A stretch of DNA of 64,000 nt from Thermomicrobiales bacterium. Lineage in GTDB: Bacteria > Chloroflexota > Chloroflexia > Thermomicrobiales > UBA6265. The stretch lies in NCBI GenBank assembly GCA_036558305.1, contig DATBFX010000008.1, forward strand, positions 7,113 through 71,112, read 5' to 3'. The position numbers were made by a program, and so were the translations under genes. The notes beneath the pieces are model-generated. The model did no database searches. It was not told where the DNA came from and saw only the letters and a list, made by a program, of their open reading frames with translations. Shown one piece after another: positions 8,701 through 15,953 of the stretch (the first letter of the stretch is position 1; the number at the start of each line of letters is the position of its first letter).

Positions 8701-9455
8701 CGGCACTCGGCCCGCCGCTCGCGGGGCACGCGGATTGGGTCGACACCGTGGCGTTCAGCCCGGACGGGAAGATGTTGGCCTCGGGGAGCAGGGACAAGAC
8801 GGTGATCCTGTGGGACGTGGCGAGCCACACAGCGATCGGCCCGCCGCTGACAGGACCCGGCGACCGGGTGACCAGTGTCGCCTTTAGCCCGGACGGACTG
8901 GTGCTCGCCGCCGGCAGTCGCGATCAGACCATCCGACTTTGGGATGCCCGATCTCGCGAACCGATCGGCTCCCCGCTGGTGGGTCACACCGACTGGGTCA
9001 ATAGCGTTGCCTTCAGCACCGACGGGAAGCTCCTCGCTTCGGGAGGCCGCGACTCGACGATTCGGCTGTGGGATGTCTCGAGCCGGCAACCGATCACTAG
9101 GCTCGTGGTGGCGCAGCCGAAGGAAGTGCTGAGCGTGGCGTTCAGTCCGGACGGGTCGACGCTGGCGTCCGGGATTTCGGATGGCACGATCGTGTTCTGG
9201 GGGTTGAAGGCCAAACGTCCGCTGCAACCGCCGTTGGCCGGTCACGACGATCGCGTCAACAGTGTTGCCTATAGCGCAGATGGAAGGCTGCTTGTTTCGG
9301 GCAGCGGCGACAAGACCGTCACGATGCGACAAGCGGCGATCTCGACGTGGCGAGAGCAAGCTTGCCAGATCGCCAACCGCGAGTTGACGGAAGAGGAGAG
9401 GGGTCTCTACATGGCAGGGATCGATTACGGCCCGACGTGCGATGGCCCCCGGTGA
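5679..9455 (+). CDS. STAND-type P-loop NTPase (nSTAND/NACHT-like) with coiled coil, one TM helix and 14 WD40 repeats
   Basis: ATG at 5679 lies 8 nt after GGGAG and overlaps the SIR2 gene by 23 nt. The N-terminus PYVGPRPFAVEDSERFFGRNREV...LLLHAQSGAGKSSLLNAG holds Walker A. LLAFDQFEE is Walker B-like. A charged coiled coil spans about nt 7040-7200 and the hydrophobic helix LLVVAVVASLIAMSAAGAFF spans nt 7210-7272. Fourteen GH..V.SVAFSPDG..LASGS.D.T..LWD units run from about nt 7500 to 9330. Confidence 0.85.
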   Translation: MAMPMPTDTQPYVGPRPFAVEDSERFFGRNREVNELVSLVTAHAVLLLHAQSGAGKSSLLNAGAVPQLQKEGFEVLPVARIRGWLPPSVRIEDVENPFVYDTIASWAGENAEPAEFASWSLLRALQGRKRGQDELGQDAPRLLAFDQFEEFFTLYPEHWPQREGFFEQVAEVLHCDPLTRVLFCAREEWIAQFDRYAPILPEKVRTRMHLQRLGSESALAAVTEPLSQTARTYAPGVAERLVGDLIQERVESSVGEALEIVEITGEFVEPVQLQVVCQSLWNALPPDTTQITFDHLARYGDVDRALTRFYDDAVATAALSAGIDEAHLRRWCEDKLITATGTRAIVHQERDKTQGIANEALAVLEARHLIRIERRSGANWYELTHDRLIEPIKVGNAAWFPSNLTALQIQAKNWDVQGRPSGLLLRGQLLADALEWAASHPDLLSEVERAYVEASHAERDQEERERREKELREASERAELAEARRRAEEAARLEAERRSVEKTQAAGRLRRLLVVAVVASLIAMSAAGAFFHQKDVASDAKSTAVAAQSTAEAQALVANGVAQSRQLVSQAVQPLRDGQIDLALLLGLQANRIDDSVDTRSSLMAGLAASPHLTGILHDAPDSVKTVAVSPNGATLAAGSCGERAEQGQGCAEGAIQLWDAETGVPREPALLGHGDWISGLAYSPDGGRLVSSSWDGTIMLWDVSSGKALGQSAAVHRDRVTSVAFSPDGNTIASGGLDKRVILWDAETLQLTYDLPDDRFGVSSVAFDPSGKRLAAGNLDGTVTLWNLEESPPSGVSLDGDGVSIRSLAFSPDGRTLATGGDSKVIRLWNVETREEVGKPLDGHTAPVFGVAFSSDGKTLASSSLDKTIYLWDVVRHERIDPALIGHQEGVSSVAFASDGVRLVSGGFDGEVMLWDVGRNVPLGRRLTGHTDDVYSVAVSPDGKMAASGSWDKTIILWDLETGKAIGEPLIGHHGEVYGVAFSPDGKMLASGSADKTVILWDVASRTALGPPLAGHADWVDTVAFSPDGKMLASGSRDKTVILWDVASHTAIGPPLTGPGDRVTSVAFSPDGLVLAAGSRDQTIRLWDARSREPIGSPLVGHTDWVNSVAFSTDGKLLASGGRDSTIRLWDVSSRQPITRLVVAQPKEVLSVAFSPDGSTLASGISDGTIVFWGLKAKRPLQPPLAGHDDRVNSVAYSADGRLLVSGSGDKTVTMRQAAISTWREQACQIANRELTEEERGLYMAGIDYGPTCDGPR
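8619..8847 (+). repeat. Near-identical 129-nt tandem units inside the WD40 region (blades 9 and 10)
   Basis: GTGGCGTTCAGCCCGGACGGGAAGATGTTGGCCTCGGG.AGC..GGACAAGACGGTGATCCTGTGGGACGTGGCGAGCC.CAC occurs at 8619 and again at 8748. Only a few substitutions differ over about 100 nt. Confidence 0.75.
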
Positions 9456-9525
9456 GACGGAGGTGAACACGTTCTGACCGCCACCCCGTCGTCTGCAATG
9501 CCCATGTGCGCGGAAGGAGTTGACA

Positions 9526-10041
9526 ATGCGCAGGATCGGAGTCGGTATCGGCATCGTCGCGATGACGCTGGCTGCCCTCGTGGCGCCGGATCGAGCAACC
9601 GTGCTCAACGCCGCGTCACCTCCCCCGGAGAATGAGCTGGAGCTCGTGACGCTCGTCAGTTGGTTTCAATATGACGCCGACGCGGATGCCCTTGCCCTCG
9701 GTCCGATCGCCGCCGACGGCGAATTCGTGGCTCGCGCGGGAGGGGAGGGAGTTGACGTGAAGGTCGGCAAAGCCGACTTCGATCTCGAAGACGATCACGC
9801 AACGATCCTTCTCGGGGCGAACGAGTTCGAGGGCTACCCGGTTTCGGATGCGGATGCGAATTCGTTCTGGCGGTGGTACTACTTCAACGACGACGAAAAT
9901 AGTCGTCCCGGCACCCTCGTGATCCAGGTGCGCGCGACCAAGGGACCGTACCGAGGTCGCGAAGGGACCGCGACGTTTGTATCCAGAGGGCGAGAATCAG
10001 ACGCGAGTGGCATCCTGGCGATTCTCCTACGACCCGCCTGA
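9526..10041 (+). CDS. Hypothetical secreted or membrane-anchored protein
   Basis: ATG at 9526 follows GGAAGGAG. The N-terminus MRRIGVGIGIVAMTLAALVAP looks like a signal peptide. No recognisable family. Same strand as the STAND gene, 70 nt downstream. Confidence 0.55.
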   Translation: MRRIGVGIGIVAMTLAALVAPDRATVLNAASPPPENELELVTLVSWFQYDADADALALGPIAADGEFVARAGGEGVDVKVGKADFDLEDDHATILLGANEFEGYPVSDADANSFWRWYYFNDDENSRPGTLVIQVRATKGPYRGREGTATFVSRGRESDASGILAILLRPA

Positions 10042-10647
10042 GAATATCAACAAGAGAATCGGCTTTTGAGAGCCGCCGTCCCGGCGATTTTTCGCGCTGA
10101 GGTGCCCCTTTGGCTGTTGAGGGAGGCATTGAGGGCAGGCGGCGCCTGAGTAGATGCTGGGAGGTTTGCGCTGGCGGTGGCCTCCTAACCCCTGTCCCCC
10201 TTTCCCCGGCGGTCGGGAGAAGGGGGTGCAGCGTGCCGCCATCCGAGGCGCGTTGTCCCCAGCACCCACTTAGCCCGGCTTATTCACGGGCGACGCTCGT
10301 CGCCAGATCGTCATTCCGAGCGAAGGCGAGGAATCTCCCGGAGCGCAGCGGAGGCGCCGCATGGCCGGCGTGTTGCCTCTGGCGGAGTGAGATTTCCTTC
10401 GGCAGGCTCAGGACAGGCTCTCGGCGTCGCTCGAAATAACGGGGGTTGTCGGCACCCAGGAAGAATCGGGGGTAGTCGATCCGAGCGCAACGCTTGTTGC
10501 CGCCGGCGCGCCGCAGATACCGGCTGAGCCAGACGAACCTTCGGGACTTCACTGAGTGGGAATGACGGCGGCACCGACCGGTGCCGCCGTCAGACCGTCG
10601 GGTGGTCGGCGCGGGGTGCGATCCGTTCGCGCCTTGTCCCAGACCGG
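10042..10647. repeat. ORF-poor patchwork of fragments of at least three intergenic repeat families
   Basis: 10186-10232 resembles the 41400-41446 element (CGGTCGGGAGA.GGGGG). 10307-10357 resembles 54338-54385 (ATCGTCATTCCGAGC...GAGGAATCTCCCGGAGCG.AGCGGAGGCG). 10389-10420 (TTCGGCAGGCTCAGGACAGG) is a further repeat-like module. Confidence 0.55.
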
Positions 10648-11676
10648 TTAGGCTTGATCGACGATCACGACCGTAACCTCGGAAAGGCCGCCACCCGGTG
10701 GAGGATTGAAGACGGTCACCTGCAACTCGCTCGGCGCCGTCAAATCCGACGGGATGAGGGTGGCAACGAGTTTGGTCGAGTTGACGAAAGTCGTGACCCG
10801 ATTCGTGCCGTTGATCCTGACTTCCGACTTCTGGACGAAGTCCCGGCCGTGGACGTCGAGCGAAATCTGGCCGCTGCCGACCTTCATCTTGGGCGGTTCG
10901 ATGCCGGTGACGACCGGTGCCGGATTCGTCAGTTTGTCGCCGCGGGCTTCCGGTTTGTCCGTTTTGAAGAGGTCGTCGAAGAGTTCGGCCAGTTTGTCGG
11001 TTGCCTGTTTGGCGAACATCCCGACGAGACCCGCAACGGCGGTAATACCGAACGTACTGACGTCTTGACCGGTTGCCCCTGCCGAGAGGAGTCCACCCCG
11101 GATCACGAAATAGAAGATGGTCGCCAGCACGGACCCGATGAACGGGCGCAGGATATACCACCAGTTCCAACTCGACGAAGCGCGCCGGTTTCCGACGAAG
11201 TCGGCGAACGAGGTGGCCGCGTGGATGAAACTCCCTAAGGCACCAACCGTCGCGACGAGGAGGATCAGGCGCATTTCGAGGTCGACGTTCAAATGGAGGA
11301 ATCCAAAGAGGGTAGTCTTGGTCTCTGTCGTGGGTTGGCCCGTCCGTGGCCAGAGTTTATAGACGACGTAGATCAGGGCAAGCGGCAGGACGAGGAAGTA
11401 TGCGCCGAGCAGAGTTCTGCCGAGCCACTTGAGCGGCGGTGCCGGGGTGATCGATGGCGTCACCGCCGGCGGCGTGGTCGTGGGCGCCGTGGTGGTCGTC
11501 GTCGTCGCGGTCGGTGGTGCCGTCGTTGTCAGCGGCGGTCGCGTGGTCGTGGGTGGCGCGGTGGTCGTCGTCACTGCCGTTGGCAACGGCGGTGCCGTTG
11601 TTAGCGGCGGTGGCGTGGTGGTCGTTACCGCTGGCAGACCTGGTTCGGGGGGAATCGTCGTGGTCCCGTTGGACAT
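10648..11676 (-). CDS. Membrane protein: Pro/Thr-rich N-terminus, about 4 TM helices, C-terminal IPT/TIG-like Ig domain
   Basis: ATG at 11676 lies 9 nt after GGAGG. About 85 aa are P/T-rich, followed by hydrophobic helices (LLGAYFLVLPLALIYVV, LILLVATVGALGSFIHA, ILRPFIGSVLATIFYFVI, FGITAVAGLVGMF). The C-terminus VTGIEPPKMKVGSGQISLDVHGRDF...LQVTVFNPPPGGGLS resembles IPT/TIG. Confidence 0.65.
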   Translation of the reverse strand: MSNGTTTIPPEPGLPAVTTTTPPPLTTAPPLPTAVTTTTAPPTTTRPPLTTTAPPTATTTTTTAPTTTPPAVTPSITPAPPLKWLGRTLLGAYFLVLPLALIYVVYKLWPRTGQPTTETKTTLFGFLHLNVDLEMRLILLVATVGALGSFIHAATSFADFVGNRRASSSWNWWYILRPFIGSVLATIFYFVIRGGLLSAGATGQDVSTFGITAVAGLVGMFAKQATDKLAELFDDLFKTDKPEARGDKLTNPAPVVTGIEPPKMKVGSGQISLDVHGRDFVQKSEVRINGTNRVTTFVNSTKLVATLIPSDLTAPSELQVTVFNPPPGGGLSEVTVVIVDQA

Positions 11677-12296
11677 CGTTCTCATCCTCCAATCGCCGAT
11701 CAAGCTGGCAGAAGATGATCCTTTGCTGCGTTCGACTACGGGTTCTCGGCAGAGTTGTTCAAAGATCGCGAGCGAGCGCCGCGCATCTCGGGAAGTGAGT
11801 ACGGTCTGCGCCCGTGAGCAGACGGCTTGGGCCGAGACGTCGGGCTTGTTGGATCGATCGCTTGACAAAACCGACACCAACGCGCTCGCGCTCGTTGGGC
11901 TCGTAATCCAGCCTCAAGCTTAGGTGACGGCGTTTGAGAGCGCGTCGTGAAAAATATGGACACTTACCAAATGTTTGCGACGAAATGGACAGAACTGCCG
12001 CTTGCAGATGCAACCGTCATCCTGTCGGCGCCGACGCCCTGGGCGATCCGAATCGGTCTGGTGCATCGGCGTTGGCGAAAACTCGCGTCACACCGATGGC
12101 GGCAGCCCCATACCGCGCCGCGGCGATCCTGCCGAGCGTTGTGCCCAGCAATCGGGATGCGCTGCGACCAAGGCGGGTAGGTCCCCGCGATAGCATGGTG
12201 GGCTGTCACCGTTCATTCGAGAAAGGCGGGCCAAATGGGCGATGTTGTGCAGGGCCAAGGGGCACTCTGGAATGTTCGTGCTGCTTAAGATGCAAT

Positions 12297-13391
12297 TTAG
12301 AACCGGGCGCCCCGCAGCCAGCGCCAGGTGGCGGCGAATGGGTCCTGGCCGGTGGCGCGGCGTTGGGCGAGGGCGTCGACGACGAGAACCTGGACCGTGG
12401 CGGCGAGGGGGATGCCGAGGAGGGCGCCGATCGGGCCGAAGAGCTTCGTGCCGGCCAGCACCGCGACGAAAACCGTCAGGGGCGACAGCCCGATCTCGCG
12501 CTGAGTGAGTCGTGGCACAACCGCGGCATCGATCAGTCCCTGACGCAGCAAGATGAACGCGACAACCAACAGCGCCCGCTGCCAGGAGATCGTCAGGGCC
12601 AGGAAGACGGCGGGAACGCCGCCGATCCACGGGCCGATGATGGGGATCGGTTCGGTGATGGCGGCAAGGAGACCGAGCAACGGCCAGTAGGGGAGGTGCA
12701 GGAGGGCGTAGGCGACGAGGGTGACCGCGCCCGCGATCGGTCCGAGGAGGAGGCGACTGCGCAGCCAACCGCCGATGACGCGCTCGACGTTGTCCCAGAG
12801 GCGTTCGAAGCGATCGCGTTGGGGATGAGGCAGAGCGTCGAGCACCAGTCGCCGCAGCAGGTCCTTTTCCGCCAGGTAGTAATAGGCCATGACGAGACAG
12901 GCCAGGGCGCCGACGAGGACTTCGAGACCGCGAACCGCGGTGCCGACCGTCCGCCCGTGCGATTTCGGAGGGGTTTGGATCGCGGTAATGATCCGGTCGA
13001 GACCGCGGCGGCCGGGCCCGCGCAGGACGGCGTGAGGGCTGGTCGCCCAGGCGGTCTCGGTGACGCGCAGGCGGGCCGGTTCTTCGGTGCGAAAGCGGTC
13101 GAATTCCCGCCCCGCCGCCGGGGCAACCAGCAGGACGGGGATGATCACGGCGACGACGAGGGCGAGTTCGAGCGAGAGCACCGCCAGGCGCCGCGGGATG
13201 TGCCGGCGCTCCAACGAACGCACCGGTCGCTCGATGACGGTGGCATAGAGCAGGGCGAGGAGCGCCAGCACCACGACCATCCGAATCTCGAACAGGAGAT
13301 AGGCGACGGCGAGCGCGGTGAAGAGCCCGACGGGTGTCAGGAGTCGCGACGGGCCGCGGTCGCGGTCGGGATGATCGGGCGGGACGTCCAT
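12297..13391 (-). CDS. AI-2E family (PerM/UPF0118) transporter
   Basis: Multi-TM protein with the conserved IPIIGPWIGGVPAVFLAL block. Start taken at MDVPP (ATG 13391); the alternative upstream start is 13439. Confidence 0.8.
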   Translation of the reverse strand: MDVPPDHPDRDRGPSRLLTPVGLFTALAVAYLLFEIRMVVVLALLALLYATVIERPVRSLERRHIPRRLAVLSLELALVVAVIIPVLLVAPAAGREFDRFRTEEPARLRVTETAWATSPHAVLRGPGRRGLDRIITAIQTPPKSHGRTVGTAVRGLEVLVGALACLVMAYYYLAEKDLLRRLVLDALPHPQRDRFERLWDNVERVIGGWLRSRLLLGPIAGAVTLVAYALLHLPYWPLLGLLAAITEPIPIIGPWIGGVPAVFLALTISWQRALLVVAFILLRQGLIDAAVVPRLTQREIGLSPLTVFVAVLAGTKLFGPIGALLGIPLAATVQVLVVDALAQRRATGQDPFAATWRWLRGARF

Positions 13392-13664
13392 CAGGGCAGT
13401 TCTGAGCGGGTGGAGTCGATGCCGGCACGGGCCGGTCAATGTGACGGGGAGTGTACGCGATCGCTCCGGGTACTCCGGCAGATCAGCGGGCGACCGCGGG
13501 CGGCGAACGGAATGTCGTTGTTTTTAACGACGTGGCTCGTGTTGCCCAGGTCACCGGGAGCCCCTAGGATCGAACGCGGTCGCACCGCGGTGTCGACGCG
13601 GACCGACCGAGTTAAGGGGTTCGCGCATTCCCGGAGTCCAGAGCTCAAAGGGGGCAGCACTGTC

Positions 13665-14690
13665 ATGGCGATCAACTACGGAGCCCTGCGGGGGAAATTC
13701 GATCGAGCCAAGCGAGAGGATGGCGAAGGGACGCCGCACCTCCAGATCCGGGTGCTCGCCGACGGCACGCCGTGGCGGGTGGCGGTCAACGTCGAGTCGC
13801 AGGACGGGTCGGAGGTCGTTTACTGGGTGGTCAACCCGATCACGAACCACCCGATCCTGAACGCGATCGCGGGTGTGCCGGCGGGATTCAAGACCGTGCA
13901 GCGGGACGGGGCCCACGCGCTCGATTTCGTCAAGGCGCCGCTGTTCACGTTCCGGGCCGGTCTGATGTTGCCTCCCTCCGGGAGCGCCAATGCCGACGAT
14001 TTGCAAGACCTGTTGCTCGTTCACCTGGAGCAACTCAAGACCGCGGGCGGGGACCTGATCGCGTTCGGCGCGAAGTTCGACAGTAACCGGCACCTGCCGA
14101 TCGATCAGGAGTTCGGGAACCTCACCGGCCTGAACGGGGTCCACGACATCCACTGCAACCAGGGGAACCCGAAGGCCGGCGGCCACGCGGGCGACAACGG
14201 CACGTTCCACGACGGCGGGTTGTTGCTGGCGTTCCCCGACCGGACCGTCGGGCTGTTTCTCGCGTTCCAGTCGCAGCAGGTGCCGACCGATCAGCAGGGC
14301 AATCCGGCAGCCGGCAGCAGAGCCATTCGCGACCTGATCACCAAGCCCGACGACGACACGCCAAAGGATGGCGTGGTCTATCTTGAGCGCGCGCTGATCA
14401 ACCCCGTGGGGGCCGACCCCGGTCACGAAACGGTCGTCCTCGGCAACCTCTTGACGAGCGACGTCGATCTCACCGGCTGGAAACTGCAAGACACCAACGG
14501 CCGGGCGTCGCCGCTGACCGGAACCATCGCGGCGGGCGCGTCCCTGGTCGTCGAGTTGGACGGAAGCGGTGTCCAACTCGGGAACAAGCGGGGCAACCTG
14601 CTCTTGCTCGACAACCAGGGCAAGCAGGTGGATGCGGTGACGTACACCAGCGAGGAAGCCAAGGTCGAGGATCGCTACGTGAGATTTTGA
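13665..14690 (+). CDS. DUF2278 (YukJ-like) domain fused to a C-terminal lamin-tail domain (LTD)
   Basis: ATG at 13665 follows AAAGGGGG. The N-terminal 250 aa are YukJ-like (YGALRGK...HLQIRV...VHDIHCNQGNP). The C-terminus ETVVLGNLLTSDVDLTGWKLQD...GNLLLLDNQGKQVDAVTY matches the LTD pattern. No signal peptide. Confidence 0.65.
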   Translation: MAINYGALRGKFDRAKREDGEGTPHLQIRVLADGTPWRVAVNVESQDGSEVVYWVVNPITNHPILNAIAGVPAGFKTVQRDGAHALDFVKAPLFTFRAGLMLPPSGSANADDLQDLLLVHLEQLKTAGGDLIAFGAKFDSNRHLPIDQEFGNLTGLNGVHDIHCNQGNPKAGGHAGDNGTFHDGGLLLAFPDRTVGLFLAFQSQQVPTDQQGNPAAGSRAIRDLITKPDDDTPKDGVVYLERALINPVGADPGHETVVLGNLLTSDVDLTGWKLQDTNGRASPLTGTIAAGASLVVELDGSGVQLGNKRGNLLLLDNQGKQVDAVTYTSEEAKVEDRYVRF

Positions 14691-14697
14691 GGAGTCG

Positions 14698-15795
14698 TCA
14701 GTCGGCGGCAGCCGCTTCTTCGGCCGCCTCGTCAAGGCAAATCTCGCGGCCGAGTTCGGCCGAGCGGTAGATGGCGTCGAGGAGGCGGGTGCGGTCGAGC
14801 CCTTCCTCCCCGCTCGGGCTCATCGGGACGCCGTCGACGACCGCATCGACGAAGCGGGTGATGACCTGGAGGTGCTCGGGCTGCGGTTCGTAGCGGGGGG
14901 TGACCTCGGTGGGGGTACCGGCGAAGTCGCCGAAGAGGCGGAGGGTGCCGGTTTTGGCGTAGTCCTTGACGCGGATTTCGGCGCCGCCGGCGTCGCCCAT
15001 GAGGGCGATGCCGTACTCGTCGGTGACCCCCGAATGGGCGGCCCAACTGGTTTCGAGTTGGATGGCGGCGCCGTCCGCCGTGCGCAGGAACGCGGTGGCG
15101 AGGTCTTCGACTTCGTAGACGTCCGATTGGACGGTGAAGCGACCGTCCATCCAGTTGCCTTTGCCCTGGGGCCCGAGTTTGGCGTAGGTCGAACCGGTGA
15201 CGGTGATCACCTTGGGATTGCCCATCAGGTAGAGGGCCATGTCGAGGACGTGGACGCCGAGGTCGACCAGCGGACCACCGCCGGCGAGTTCCTTGCGGGT
15301 GAACCAGCTCCCGAGACCGGGGATACCGGCCCGGCGCATCCAGAAGGCTTTGGCGTAGTAGATGTCGCCGAGACCGCCGGACAGGATGTGCCGGTGGAGC
15401 AGATTCATCTCGGCTTTGTAGCGCTTGCTGAAAAAGACGCCGAGGACCTTCCCGGCGTCGCGGGCGGCGCGGACGATCTCCTCGCCCTCGGCGGCGTTGC
15501 GGGCGATCGGTTTTTCGAGGAGGACGTGCTTGCCGGCCTGGAGAGCGGCGAGCGCCACCTCGTGGTGGAGGTAATTGGGTACGCCGACGCTGACGGCGTC
15601 GATGTCCGAACGCTCGACGAGCTCGCGGTAGTCGTGGAAGAGGTTGAGGATGTTGTGTTTGCGGGCGATCCGGAGGCAGCGCTCGGTGTCGAGACCGGCG
15701 AGGGCGACGATCCTGGCGCGCGGTTCCTGTGCCCAGGAGTCGGCGTGAAACTGGCCGATACCGCAACCGATGATCCCGACCCGAAGCGGCTCCAT
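14698..15795 (-). CDS. Gfo/Idh/MocA family NAD(P)-dependent oxidoreductase
   Basis: N-terminal Rossmann motif RVGIIGCGIGQ and the EKP motif (LLEKPIA). Alternative start at 15849. Confidence 0.85.
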   Translation of the reverse strand: MEPLRVGIIGCGIGQFHADSWAQEPRARIVALAGLDTERCLRIARKHNILNLFHDYRELVERSDIDAVSVGVPNYLHHEVALAALQAGKHVLLEKPIARNAAEGEEIVRAARDAGKVLGVFFSKRYKAEMNLLHRHILSGGLGDIYYAKAFWMRRAGIPGLGSWFTRKELAGGGPLVDLGVHVLDMALYLMGNPKVITVTGSTYAKLGPQGKGNWMDGRFTVQSDVYEVEDLATAFLRTADGAAIQLETSWAAHSGVTDEYGIALMGDAGGAEIRVKDYAKTGTLRLFGDFAGTPTEVTPRYEPQPEHLQVITRFVDAVVDGVPMSPSGEEGLDRTRLLDAIYRSAELGREICLDEAAEEAAAAD

Positions 15796-15953
15796 GCGGA
15801 ACAGAACTCCTTTCCCTTCGTCGACAGCCTCGAGCAACCGGGCGGGCAAGCCAGGACCGAGGGGTCGTGTGTGCGGGATCGCGCCCGAATCCGAGACGGA
15901 ATCTTCTCACGAAATGGGAGCGCGGGGGCAGTCGCCCGCGAACACTTCGTGTG

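Noticed and set aside
11430-11640. Apparent degenerate tandem DNA repeats (GGTGGTCGTCGT-like)
   Set aside because: They are the antisense of the Pro/Thr-rich coding segment of the 10648-11676 membrane protein. This is low-complexity coding sequence, not an independent repeat element.
11934-13664. N-terminal 577 codons of the 918-aa plus-strand ORF 11934-14690
   Set aside because: This is the antisense shadow of the AI-2E transporter gene, with an Arg/Gly/Asp-rich composition. The real gene starts at ATG 13665, which has an RBS.
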